Below, in pieces: positions 22,613-34,300 of a stretch of DNA of 64,000 nt. The position numbers were made by a program, and so were the translations under genes. Under the pieces are notes generated by a model. That model had not been told where the DNA came from and searched no databases. It worked only from the letters and a program-made list of their open reading frames with translations. The stretch comes from Mobula hypostoma. Lineage: Eukaryota. How positions within the stretch are numbered: position 1 is the first letter of the stretch; each line of letters opens with the position of its first letter. The DNA is taken from NCBI RefSeq assembly GCF_963921235.1, contig NC_086110.1, positions 9,734,001 to 9,798,000 on the forward strand, written 5' to 3'.

Positions 22613-22652
22613 CTATGTAAATGATCCCATTGACTGCCAGAAAGAGAAACAT
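22613..22652 (-). CDS. Gene A exon 1, leader peptide
   Basis: ATG at 22652-22650, MFLFLAVNGIIYI, donor G|GTAAAG (phase 1), then a 143-bp intron to the V exon. Joins in frame (G+CT = Ala). Confidence 0.8.
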
Positions 22653-22699
22653 ACTTGCTCACATACTGCCTAACAGATTCAATGAGTCTGTTGATGTGC

Positions 22700-22760
22700 G
22701 ATGTTAATGGTTGAGTGAGGGAGTGGTTTATATCCTATGACGGATAATATCCTGACGTGG
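22700..22760 (-). promoter_or_regulatory. Candidate core promoter of gene A
   Basis: Minus-strand TATAAA at 22732-22727, about 80 nt upstream of the ATG. AACCAC (RUNX-like) follows immediately; a CRE/ATF-like TGACGTGG lies at 22753-22760. Confidence 0.55.
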
Positions 22761-23059
22761 AGTGGGACGGTGCAGTAAACCAGTGACCAATGCCAGACTA
22801 GGGGAAATAATATATTTAATTATTCGATTTTCATCGCTATTCTCTTTATTAACACTCAGGTTCTTTACTGCTGATTGAAGATCTCGAAATAAATACAGGA
22901 GATTTTACAGGGTTTTGTGAACTTCTACAATCATTATTTTTGTATGACCTAATAGATCTACAATGCCAAATCTTCACAACATTTGCACTTCTAAGCACTT
23001 TTATGATAATTTTGAATAATAAGCAGGAATAGTCTAGGACGATTGGCAAATAAAGATAT

Positions 23060-23750
23060 GTTAAATATGCTGGTTCTTGAGCTGAGCGACTTCGACCCTG
23101 ATCATGAATGTGTGGTCAACTTAGAACACAGAATTTTGCAGGAACTTGTCGAGCTGGAATTTGAAACAAAAATTAGGATCGATGTCCCCATGGTTGGATG
23201 AGATATATCCCAGGTTATTATGGATAATATGAACGTGATATCTGGGGCACTGACCATGATCTGTGCGTCTCAATGGCGACAAGTGTCATACCAAGGCATC
23301 GCAGGATGTCACGCTATTAAGTTGTGCTTTCTTCAAGAAAGATACGAGGGATAATTGTGTGATTATAGACCAGTCAGCTTATGCGACTGGTGAGAAATTT
23401 ATTGCAGAAGATTTTTAAGGACACGATATACGAGAATTTGGATAAGCGCCGTCTCATTAGAGATGAACAGTATAATTTTAGAAGGAACTGATCATGCTGG
23501 GAAGCCTGATTGACTAGTTTTGATTCCGTTGTGAAACAAATTGATGAAGCTAGAGCGGTGGATGTGGAGCATAGGGACATCACGAAGGCTTTTAATGCTG
23601 TTTGCCATGGTTGGCTAATTTAGACAGTTAAAAGCCATGGGATCCAGAGACATTTTGGCATGGATTCGATTTGGCTTATCCACAGAAGCCATAGGCTGAT
23701 AGAGATAAAGCGCATTATTCCTGGAGTTTAGTGACTAGTGTGTTGTGTGT
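23060..23750 (+). mobile_element. Highly degenerate CR1 RT fragment
   Basis: Residual ...DNCVIIDQS...MDVEHRDITKAFNAVCHGWLI...HGIQR pattern. Confidence 0.6.
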
Positions 23751-24153
23751 GTGGGGACGGTGGGGGGGGGGTCTGTTCTTACACACTCTCGGGCTATTAA
23801 GATACAGCTCAAAGGTGATTAGATTTTTTTTTCCATTTGAGGGCATTTGCTGTTTGGTGGAAAAATTGCGATGTTCTTCCATAATAAGGTTATTATTATA
23901 TGTTCTGTCTCTATGTTTATAAGTTGATGCTTGAAAGAAATGGAAGTTAGTTATTTTACACATTGTGATCCGCACATGAATAATTCATTTTTTCTTCACA
24001 TTTCTGTTTTATGTGACTACAGAATATAATTAACACATAAAATTCTGGAAGAACTCAACGGGCTTTTTGGCTGATCGAGCAGCATTAGTAGAGAGAACTC
24101 GTAAGTAGACATTATGAGTTGATTTCTCAAGCTTCTGGTAAACTGCTGAACCC

Positions 24154-25011
24154 TGCTCAAGGAGATCTGTTTTTTGTGAGAATGATGTAATGGTCTTTTG
24201 GAGGTCACCTGATGTGATTTTCCCGCCAATGTGAGGTCACGTGATGACATGTGCCCCGTGACTATATAAGGGTCGACTCAGGTGACGCAGTAGGTTTTTG
24301 AGTTTGTACATTTCCAGGTAGAACGTGTTGTGCCTCCGTTTCTGTTGCGTGTTTGTTTTTGTGACGTAGTTTCATTTTTAAAATGGTTGTACGTTCTGTT
24401 GAAAGATTCCATATTACTTGGACTGGAAATTTGTGGCTGGAAGTGCCAATTCCGACAGTTTTGAAGGGAGAGTGAAGAATTCATCGAAGTGAAGAATCGA
24501 GAGAAGTCGGCATCATTTGGCAGTTTAATAAAGGATCGACCTTATTGAGTCTTCGTTGGAGAGAACCTGCATTGAGATAACTCTTGCAATAGCGCAATGA
24601 GTTCATGCAAAAAGGCTCTCGCTCTCTAAAAGGAATTTAAGGTCAGTCGATTTAAACTGTTTATTTTCAGCATCGGGAATCCTGTGGACAGAACTGGCAG
24701 TAAAGGTGCGTAGGTGAAGAAATCTTTCTCCAGAGAAGTCTCTCCTAATTGATGCGTAAAACTGTTGGACTTTTGAAGTTATCACTTTAAGAACTATATC
24801 TGACTGTATCACTTTAAGAACTGTTTCCGCATTAAACGCTTTAAGAACCAGAGCCGAGTGGCGAGCTGGTGAACAACTGCGTACCTGTTAACCTCCGGTT
24901 AAAGTTTTCCTTTGTTTTTTTTTCCGTATCGTTTATACGTGTTTAATAAATGTTTGGTTGTTTTTATATAACCTGTCTCGATTAATATTCATTGTTGCCT
25001 GTTACGTAACA
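24154..25011 (+). mobile_element. Solo LTR of the same family as the 39070-44290 element
   Basis: Colinear with 39077-39939 and 43464-44290. TATA-like TATATAA at 24263-24269, AATAAA at 24945-24950, ends GTTACGTAACA. The extreme 5' end is degraded and no clear TSD was seen. Confidence 0.92.
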
Positions 25012-25284
25012 TCTGTCCCTTTCTTTCATCTGCGATCTCCATAGTTATTTCTACATTCACCCAAAACCACAAAATCCTATCTCCTTCTCTTCCTCCACTC
25101 AATCCATCTGCTGGTTTTTTGAAACGCATCACCCACTGGCTCCTCTTTCTAATCCTATCTGCCTTCTCCCACTGCCATCACTTGATTCCACGCTCTACCT
25201 TGCTCACACATGAGGTTCTATCGTCTTCAGCCCGATGTCTCTTTCACCAGTCACCTCTGGTAACCCCAGATTAATACAGCAGTG

Positions 25285-25650
25285 TTTCTTCATCAGTCGT
25301 CAGTGGTGTCTGGAGACAAAACGTAATAACATTGTAAGAATTATGACATAGAAGGCAACAGTATACTCACTATATCAAAATTTCCCCCAAATATCTATGG
25401 GTTGACATGGGAAACATCTATAGAACCAGATCACAGATAGCAAGTTCCTGTGATGTGTTTCCTGTCCTGCAATCTGGGATATATCACTTCAAAGTAAAAC
25501 ATCAGCAACAGCTTATTGCAGATGCAAGTTGCTCTCAGCTTACCATTTTCTGTCATTGTTATTCCTAAAAAAACTGTGTGCAATATATAAACATTGCCAG
25601 AATATTGTCCTAACCGTGGTGCAGATAGCCTTCATTCAACTACACGATAT
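25285..25650. repeat. Unidentified repeat, direct copy of ~35535-35935
   Basis: Shared blocks tgtttcttcatcagt, tatgacatagaaggcaaca, aacatctatagaaccaga, tgtgcaatatataaacat, ggtgcagata.ccttcattcaa. Confidence 0.85.
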
Positions 25651-26169
25651 TTAAGAGCTTATCACTAACAAGAGAAGATCTGCAGGCAGCATCTATGGAA
25701 AAATGTGCAGTCCTCAGGTGTAGTATATATGTGTGCTTACTTGATGCTCTTCTGAATACAGTGAGATTGTTTGCAACCTAAAATCTTTCAGTGTCTGAGA
25801 CAGCTCTCAAATCTCCTTTGTTTGGAGAAATCAAATCTCTCGGGCTGGGGGTTGGGGCCTTTATTAGGTTAGTAAAAATACATACTGCGGAAATTAGCTC
25901 CATTTTCTATTTTGTTTCTTTCTTTATTTTTTATGTATTTATTTATTTTGACTCCAAAAATCTTCCTTTATCTCCCCAAGAGTTTATCTTACATCTCTGA
26001 TTCTCTGCTGTGTCTGTTCCTCACTGTAGAGGCAGCCTGCAGGTTATTACAATATATTCCCTTTAGGGTGTACCTCGAAGGCGTTGTCTAGTAACCCTGG
26101 CCCTTTCTCAGTTCACGCATACAGTTAGTAGACTAACATAGGCAGTTTAGGTTGAAAAGTCTTTTTCAT

Positions 26170-26313
26170 ACTTAAAATACATTTGGCACTTCGCATAATA
26201 CTTTTCTGATACCACTGCATGAACCAAAATCGATTGTTTCCATTTAACCTGCAATTATGCCTACACCAACACCTTTCATTCAAACACATAGCTGCAGAGC
26301 AGTATATTGTCGT
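26170..26313. repeat. Unidentified repeat, inverted copy of ~36265-36415
   Basis: Reverse complement gaaaggtgttggtg...ggttaaatggaaacaa...tgcagtggtatcagaa...tattatgc.aagtg...aatgtattttaagtat matches 36300-36410. Confidence 0.8.
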
Positions 26314-27371
26314 TGTTACGTACCCCGTAACTGGGTTGCCAAACCAGCAGAAATGGATCACTCAGTTGGAGTCTGGATTACTAGAACTAAGAAAGTTTTA
26401 TTAAAGAAACAAGCAACACAGTACTCTAATCAAAAAGGATACTAAATGCAACAGTTCAGCAATGATAAACATACATGTACACAGAATTAAGATAACAAGA
26501 TTAATCAAGCTCTATCGTTCTCTAGGGGTAAATGACCAGTTTCAAAGTGACACAAAGTCCAGTTCAATTTAGTTCAGTTCACAGTAATTGTTGCCATGGT
26601 GATGGACAGTGGGGGGGAGGGAGAGAGAGAGCAAAACGAATGAATATTCAACACAGCTTCCACACAGACCTTCGCAGTCAGCTTTCGGGTGAGTCCTTTG
26701 TGATGTCATCTGAGGTCACCGACCGTGACCCCTCTGTTTCCAGATACGATCGTTTCCCTGCGCTGAACCTGGCACCCAGGCAAGGGCGGACACACACCAG
26801 GTTCCCGCCGATCGTGCCTTTCCACCCTGTGCGTCTATGGCTTGATCCCGCGATCAGCCATCCAAAAGCTTCCCACTGACTTGTGAGAGGCGCACCGCTT
26901 CCAGGGTCTCGTTACCTCGGGTGTCGTGTGTGTCCTGCCTTAGCGAACCTGTCCCTTTTTATCCCCCTGCTGGGGTATCGCCTGTCCATCACTTCAAACA
27001 GTTCAGGGTTCAAAGGGGGAGCCGCTCTTGACAGCTCCCGCCTTCTGTTACTCTCTCTCCCGTCCCTTCATTACACATCTCCAAATGCTGCTCCATTGTT
27101 TTCCTTATCTCTCTCTACTCCTGAAGACAGGTGGCAGACCAACTGCTGATCACACAGGACAGCTAACATCTTAATCTATTGTGTATTCTTGTCACACTTC
27201 CCCCTTTAAGGATTTTTACCAGGGGTTAAAAATTACAAACATGAATACATTATTTGATACACACACAAATATACATCTTTATCAGTTATTTGGCTAATAC
27301 AGCGAGTTTGAAGTTGTCAACACCTGACAGACAGTCAGCCATCACATTTTCTGTTCCTTTTATATGTGTTA

Positions 27372-28813
27372 TTAATAATCCCTCAGACCAGGCTCCAATT
27401 TAGCAAACTTCATAGTGGCCAAAAACACTGATGAATTGCGATCAATGTAAACTCTCATTTGGTTTTGTCCCGGACCACAATAACAAGGGTTGTCCCATTC
27501 CGACTTAGTTTTCTCTCGCAAGAACTTAGTAGGAGGGGGAGGGGTAGTGACCGCAGAGTTATTGCAAAACTTCCTACAGTACTCCACCATCTCCAAGAAC
27601 CTTCTGAGGGCCCTCTTGTCTGTCGGGGTTGGGAGGTCAGCGATAGCCTGCACTGTAGCTTGCATCGCTGCCAGCTGCCCCTGTGTCACCACAATTCCCA
27701 GGTAAGTGACCTTCATGCGGCCGAACTCATTTTTTTCAAGGTTCACTATCAAGCTGGCTTCAGACAGGCGTATTAAATTGCCAATACACACCTCTGTGTT
27801 CGTCAGCCCTTTAGTCACTGAATTACTCATTCTATATGGATGTTGCTCACTAGGCTGACCTATTGAAACAGACACCACCCAACGTCCCAGTTCTTTGCAT
27901 CGCCTCAGGACAATCAAACACACGGGTGCGAGTCATTTAATTACTTCTCCTAAAGAGTCGCTTTGTTCGGGGATTAAGGGAGAGACCTTATCAGCAGACC
28001 TGGCCAAAACAATAGCCTTCTCCCATCTGGTCAATACCATACTCATCTTTTCAAAATGGTTTTTTTCTCTTATCGGGGGGACCCTAGCTTCATTGATTTC
28101 CGTGCTAACACCGACTAGGTTTGTTAGCATATCAAAAGCCTGTGACCATCTCAGTTCGCATCGGTCATAATAACATCCTTCCCCCTGGGCAGCTGGTAAA
28201 CCTCTTTCATGGTTCCACCAACTGTTCCCTCCAGTACTGCAAAATGTCCACCGGGGGGTACCTTGTGGGCCAGGTTAAAAACCTCATCCCCATAACTCTT
28301 TTGCACCACCCCCCATTCCTCATCTGCGGGCACGGTACTTGGTCTACCTTGCTTCCTTAGCACTTCCTCCTCCACACAATAGCCTATTTGTTCCCTTGTT
28401 AAGTCTGTGTCAGAGAGAGCTGTCTCTGCCAAAACCATCAGCCCCTCGTCTCGCTCCTGCGTCTGCACAAATTCTTTCCTGGCTACTGCTATGTCTGTCT
28501 CAGCTCCCTCACTACCTCTTGTCTCACTACACTCCTTCTTTTCATTTTCTACCACCTTCTCGTACAAGGTTGGCAGAAAGGTCTCAGCTAAATTTACTAC
28601 CGCAGCCCCATGATGAACCTGTGAGTCCATGGGCGGGGCATCAATGCTGGCAGGCTGACCTGTCAATCTCACGACTGGGAACACGATTCCCCCGGCGACG
28701 TCATTACCGAGCAAGACTTCCACGCCTTTCATCGGTAATTCGGACCTCAACCCGATCGTGACTAGTCCAGAGACCAGGTTGCTTTGTAAGTGTATCTGGT
28801 GCAAAGGGACCAA
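27372..28813 (-). pseudogene. pol remnants of the Gmr1-type element (protease end, integrase N-terminus, RT thumb/connection)
   Basis: LLGNDVAGG (protease); LAHKVPPGGHF (integrase HHCC start); VNLEKNEFG..VTYLG...PTPTDKRALRRFL (RT C-terminus). No YxDD motif remains. Confidence 0.85.
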
Positions 28814-30281
28814 CTCTGTCCCTTCCCCAACACCTTTGACCTTTACCTCCCCAGTCTGGGTCTGAGCTAAACTCTAATGCAATCTTCAGTATTAGTGACT
28901 GACACGCTCCCGTGTCTCTCCAGATCCGCACTGGAACTGGTTTTAACCCCTCCTTCACTGACACTAATCCGGCCGAGATAAACTTCTCGTGCCCTTCCTG
29001 AACTTTGGTAGACCTGTCCTTCCCTAGCAGTTCATTTACCAGCTCGATACAGCCAGTCAAAATCGCTGTTTTTCCTTTTCCCGTCTCCTTCTTTGGGGCA
29101 AAGCACCTGGACGCAAAGTGTCCGACTTTCCCACAATTATAACAGACGACCCCAGGAGACTTCCTACCAGACTGCTCCCGGTCTACCTTATCCTTCTCAC
29201 TAGTCCCCGGCTTACTTTCTGACTTTTCCGGCGGACTCTCCCCGCCATCCTGACTACCCTTCTGGTAGCCTTTACTCGGGGCAAACTTCATTTTATGCGT
29301 TAACGCATACTCATCCGCTAACTTAGCAGCTGCGGCTAACGTGGCTGCCTCTTTCTCATCTAGGTAGGGTCTCATACCTTCAGGGACACAACCTTTAAAC
29401 TGCTCAATCAGGATCAGATGTAGCAGTCTGTCATAATCCCCCTCTACCCCCTTCGAAGCGCACCAACGCTCACAATATGTCTGCATCTCACGGGCAAACT
29501 CTGAATACGTGCTCCTCGCATTCCAGAACCTCTGCCGGTATGCCTCCGGGACCAACTCATAAATCCTGAGGATGGCCTCTTTCACCACCTCATACCTCTG
29601 GGCATCTTCCGCGGACAAAGCTGAGTAAGCTTCTTGGGCTTTCCCTTTCAGTACACTCTGAAGCAAAACAACCCACTTATCCCTTGGCCAGTCCTGACTT
29701 ATAGCCACTTTTTCGAAATGGAGAAAGTACCGATCCACGTTGGTATCGTCAAATGGGGGAACCAGCCTAACCTCCTGGGTCGCCCGGAACCCTCCACCTT
29801 GGTTCGGCATGAGCCCCTGCTCTGCCCTTATCTTTAACTTCTCCAGCTCGAATTCCCTTTCCCTCTTCTTCTCGCTCTCTCTCTCTTCTCGCTCCCATTG
29901 CCTCTCTTTCTCTTTATCCAACTGTCTCTCCCTCTCTCTCTCTTGCCTTTCTAACTCTCTCTCTTTCTCCCGCCTTTCTAACTGCTTCTCTTCTTGTTCT
30001 AACTGCCGTACCCGGAACTCGTGCTCGAGTCTCAGTTTTTCAAGCTGTACCTGTACCGCGTCTCCGGCAGGTTTTTCAATAGACACCACCCCCAGCTCGC
30101 CTTGGGGAAACACACCTTTAGATACATAGTGCTCTACGATAGCTCTGTATATCTCCTCTCTCCTCATTGTCGACTTCCCCTTAGCAAGATTCAACAGTTT
30201 GGCCACAGCTACCAATTCCGATTTCCTGGCATCCTCTAATGCTTCCAAGGTTGGCGCCTTTATAAATTCCTCAGCCTCCAT
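28704..30281 (-). CDS. Retrotransposon Gag (coiled-coil, SCAN-like capsid, CCHC knuckle) running into the protease start
   Basis: 525-aa ORF: WVVLLQSVLKGKAQEAY...YELVPEAYRQRF, CYNCGKVGHFASRC, RDTGACQSLIL. A frameshift at ~28860 ends the pol reading. Confidence 0.9.
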   Translation of the reverse strand: MEAEEFIKAPTLEALEDARKSELVAVAKLLNLAKGKSTMRREEIYRAIVEHYVSKGVFPQGELGVVSIEKPAGDAVQVQLEKLRLEHEFRVRQLEQEEKQLERREKERELERQERERERQLDKEKERQWEREERESEKKREREFELEKLKIRAEQGLMPNQGGGFRATQEVRLVPPFDDTNVDRYFLHFEKVAISQDWPRDKWVVLLQSVLKGKAQEAYSALSAEDAQRYEVVKEAILRIYELVPEAYRQRFWNARSTYSEFAREMQTYCERWCASKGVEGDYDRLLHLILIEQFKGCVPEGMRPYLDEKEAATLAAAAKLADEYALTHKMKFAPSKGYQKGSQDGGESPPEKSESKPGTSEKDKVDREQSGRKSPGVVCYNCGKVGHFASRCFAPKKETGKGKTAILTGCIELVNELLGKDRSTKVQEGHEKFISAGLVSVKEGLKPVPVRIWRDTGACQSLILKIALEFSSDPDWGGKGQRCWGRDRVGPFAPDTLTKQPGLWTSHDRVEVRITDERRGSLAR

Positions 30282-31387
30282 TTCTGCTGTTTGTCTTTTC
30301 TTTCTTTCGGGAATTTTGACCCAATCAATTTACTCCGTCCCAAATTTAGCGTTCAAAATCGCGGACGAGAACCCCACTTATGTTACGTACCCTGTAACTG
30401 GGTTGCCAAACCAACAGAAATGGATCATTCAGTTGGAGTCTGGATTACTGGAACTAAGAAAGTTTTATTAAAGAAACAAGCAACACAATACTCTAATCGA
30501 AAAGAATACTAAATGCAACAGTTCAGCAATGATAAACACACATGTACACAGAATTAAGATAACAAGATTAATCAAGCTCTATCGTTCTCTAGGGGTAAAT
30601 GACCAGTTTCAAAGTGACACAAAGTCCAGTTCAATTTAGTTCAGTTCGCAGTAATCGTTGCCATGGCGATGGACAGTGGAGAGGAAGGAGAGAGACAGCA
30701 AAACGAATGAATATTCAACACAGCTTCCACACAGACCTTCGCAGTCAGCTTTCGGGTGAGTCCTTTGTGATGTCATCTGAGGTCACCGACCGTGACCCCT
30801 CCGTTTCCAGATACGATCGTTTCCCCGCGCTGAACCTGGCACCCAGGCAAGGGTGGACACACACCGGGTTCCCGCCGATCGTGCCTTTCCACCCTGTGTG
30901 TCTATGGCTTGATCCCGCGATCAGCCATCCAAAAGCTTCCCACTGACTTGTGAGATCGCACCGCTTCCAGGGTCTCGTTACCTCAGGTGTCATGTGTGTT
31001 CTGCCTTAGCGAACCTATCCCTTCTTATCCCCCTGCTGGGGTATCGCCTGTCCATCACTTCAAACAGTTCAAGGTTCAAAGGGGGAGCTGCTCTTGACAG
31101 CTCCCGCCTTCTGTTACTCTCTCTCCCGTCCCTTCATTACACATCTCCAAATGCTGTTCCATTGTTTTCCTTATCTCTCTCTACTCCTGAAGACAGGTGG
31201 CAGACCAACTGCTGATCACACAGGACAGCTAACATCTTAATCTATTGTGTATTCTTGTCACATCGTAATTTCTTTATCTTCCTCTCGCCCCACTATTCCT
31301 GAACACCCCCAAGCCTCCCTTTTCCATAGACACAACCAATCCTCTTTTATCTTCTGATCCTAACTCTCATCCATGCCGGGCATAGAC

Positions 31388-34300
31388 CATAAGACCATAA
31401 GACAACGGAGCAGAAGTAGGCCATTCGGCCCATCGAGTCTGCTCCGCCATTTTATCATGAGCTGATCCATTTTATCCTATTTAGTCCCACCGCCCTGCCT
31501 TCTCACCATAACCTTTGATGCCCTGGCTACTCAGATACCTATCAATCTCTGCCTTAAATACGCCCAATGACTTGGCCTCCACTGCTGCCCGTGGCAACAA
31601 ATTCCATAGATTCACCACCCTCTGACTAAAAAAATTTCTTCGCATTTCTGTTCTGAAAGGGCGCCCTTCAATCCTGAAGTCATGCCCTCTCGTACTAGAC
31701 TCCCCCATCATGGGAAACAACTTTGCCACATCCACTCTGTCCATGCCTTTTAACATTTGAAATGTTTCTATGAGGTCTCCCCTCATTCTTCTAAACTCCA
31801 AGGAATACAGTCCAAGAGCGGACAAACATTCCTCATATGTTAACCCTCTCATTCTCTGAATCATTCTAGTGAATCTTCTCTGTACCCTCTCCAACGTCAG
31901 CACATCCTTTCTTAAATAAGGAGACCAAAACTGCCCACAGTACTCCAAGTGAGGTCTCACCAGCACCTTATGGTGCCTCAACATCACATCCCTGCTCCTG
32001 TACTCTATTCCTCTAGAAATGAATGCCAACATTGCATTCGCCTTCTTCACTACTGACTCAACCTGGAGGTTAACTTTAAGGGAATCCTGTACGAGGACTC
32101 CCGTTGCATCTCAGAACTTTGAATTCTTTCCCCATTTAAATAATAGTCTGCCCGTTTATTTTTTCTGCCAAAGTGCATAACCATACACTTTCCAACATTG
32201 TACTTCATTTGCCACTTCTCTGCCCATTCTTCCAATCTATCCAAGTCTCTCTGCAGACTCCCCATTTCCTCAGCACTACCGGCCCCTCCACCTATCTTTG
32301 TATCGTCAGCAAACTTAGCCACAAAGCCATCTATTCCATAATCCAGATCGTTGATTTACAATGTAAATAGAAGCGGCCCCAACACTGATCCCTGTGGAAC
32401 ACCACTGGTAACAGGCAGCCAACCAGAATAGGATCCCTTTATTCCCACTCTGTTTCCTGCCAATCAGCCAACGCTCTATCCACGTAGGTAACTTTCCCGT
32501 AATTCCATGGGCTCTTATCTTGTTAAGTAAGTAGCCTCATGTGTGGCACCTTGTGAAACGCCTTCTGAAAATTCAAATATACAACATCCACTGCATCTCC
32601 CTTGTCTAGCCTACTGGTAATTTCCTCAAAAAATTGTAATAGGTTTGTCAGGCAGGATTTTCCTTTAAGGAATCCATGCTGAGTTCTGCCTATCTTGTCA
32701 TATGCCTCCAGGTACTCTGTAAACTCATCCTTGACAATTGACTCCAACAACTTCCCAACCACCGACGTCAAGCTAACAGGTCTATAATTTCCTTTTTGCT
32801 TCCTTGCCCCCTTCTTAAATAGCGGAGTGACATTTGCAATCTTCCAGTCTTCCGGAACTATGCCAGAATCTATCGACTTTTGAAAGATCATCGCTAATGC
32901 CTCCGCAATCTCCACAGCTACTTCCTTCAGAACACGAGGGTGCATTCCATCTGGTCCAGGAGATTTATCTCCCTTTAGACTACTCAGCTTCCTGAGTACT
33001 TTCTCTGTCGTAATTGTGACTGCGCACACTTCTCTTCCCTGCCACCCTTGAGTGTCCGGTATCCTGCTGTCTTCCTCAGTGAAGACTGATGCAAAATACT
33101 TGTTCAGTTCCTCTGCCATCTCCTCATCTCCCATTACAATTTCTCCAGTATCATTTTCTATCAGACCTATATCTACTCTCACCTGTCTTTTACTCTTTAT
33201 ATACTTGAAAAAGCTTTTAGTATCCTCTTTGATATTATTTGCTAGTTTCCTTTCATAGTTAATCTTTTCTCTCTTAATGACCTTCTTGGTTTCCTTTTGT
33301 AAAGTTTTAAAAACTTCCCAATCCTCTGTCTTCCCACTAATTTTTGCTTCCTTGTGTGCCGTCTCCTTTCCTTTAACTTTGGCTTTGACTTCTCTTGTCA
33401 ACCACGGTTGCATCCTTTTTCCACTCGAAAATTTCTTTTTTTTTTGGAATATACCTGTCTTGCACATTCCTCATTTTTCACATAAACTCCAGCCACTGCT
33501 ACTCTGCCGTCTTTCCTGCCAGTGTCTCTTTCCAGTCAACTTTGGCCAGTTCCTCTCTCATGCCACTGTAATTTCCTTTACTCCGCTGAAACACCGACAC
33601 ATCAGATTTTGGCTTCTCTTCTTCTAATTTCACAGTGAACTCAATCATGTTATGATCACTGCCTCCTAAGGGTTCCTTCACCTCAATCTCTCCAATCACC
33701 TCCGGTTCATTACACAATACCTAATCCAGTACAGCCGATCCCCTAGTGGGCTCAACAACAAGCTGCTCTAAAAAGCCATCTCGCAGACATTCTACAAATT
33801 CTCTCTCTTGAGATCCAGTGCCGACCTGATTTTTCCAATCTACTCGCATCTTAAAATCCCCCACAATTATCCTAACACTGCCCTTCTGACAAGCCTTTTC
33901 TATTTCCAGTTGTAATTTGTAGTCCACATCCCTGCAGCCGTTTGGAGGCCTATAAATAACTGCCATCAGGGTCTTTTTACCCCTGCTATTCCTTAGCTCA
34001 ACCCATAAAGATTCTGCACCTTCCGATCCTATATCACCTCTTTCTAACGATTTAATATCATTTCTTACCAATAAAGCCACACCTTCCCCTCTGCCTACCT
34101 TCCTATCCTTCCGATACACCGTGTATCCTTGGACGTTCAGCTCCCAGAGACATGCATCCTTTAGCCAGGTCTCAGTGATGGCCACAATATCATACCTGTC
34201 AATCTGTAGCTGTACAACAAGATCATCCAGTTTATTCCTTATGCTGCGTGCATTTAAGTACAACACCTTAAGACCAGTATTTGATACTTTTTGCTTTGAT

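Larger units (their letters stand above)
26314..31262 (-). mobile_element. Gmr1-type Gypsy LTR retrotransposon, non-autonomous (intact gag, deleted and eroded pol)
   Basis: ~883-bp LTRs at 30381-31262 and 26314-27196; 4-bp TSD TCGT at 26310-26313 and 31263-31266. tRNA-Pro-like primer-binding site (PBS) TGGGGTTCTCGTCCGCGAT at 30376-30358; PPT at 27197-27211. An integrase zinc-finger remnant precedes the RT remnant. Confidence 0.95.

Noticed and set aside
25000-25011. Perfect 12-bp palindrome TGTTACGTAACA
   Set aside because: It is simply the LTR terminus (the inverted-repeat end of the family), not a separate element.
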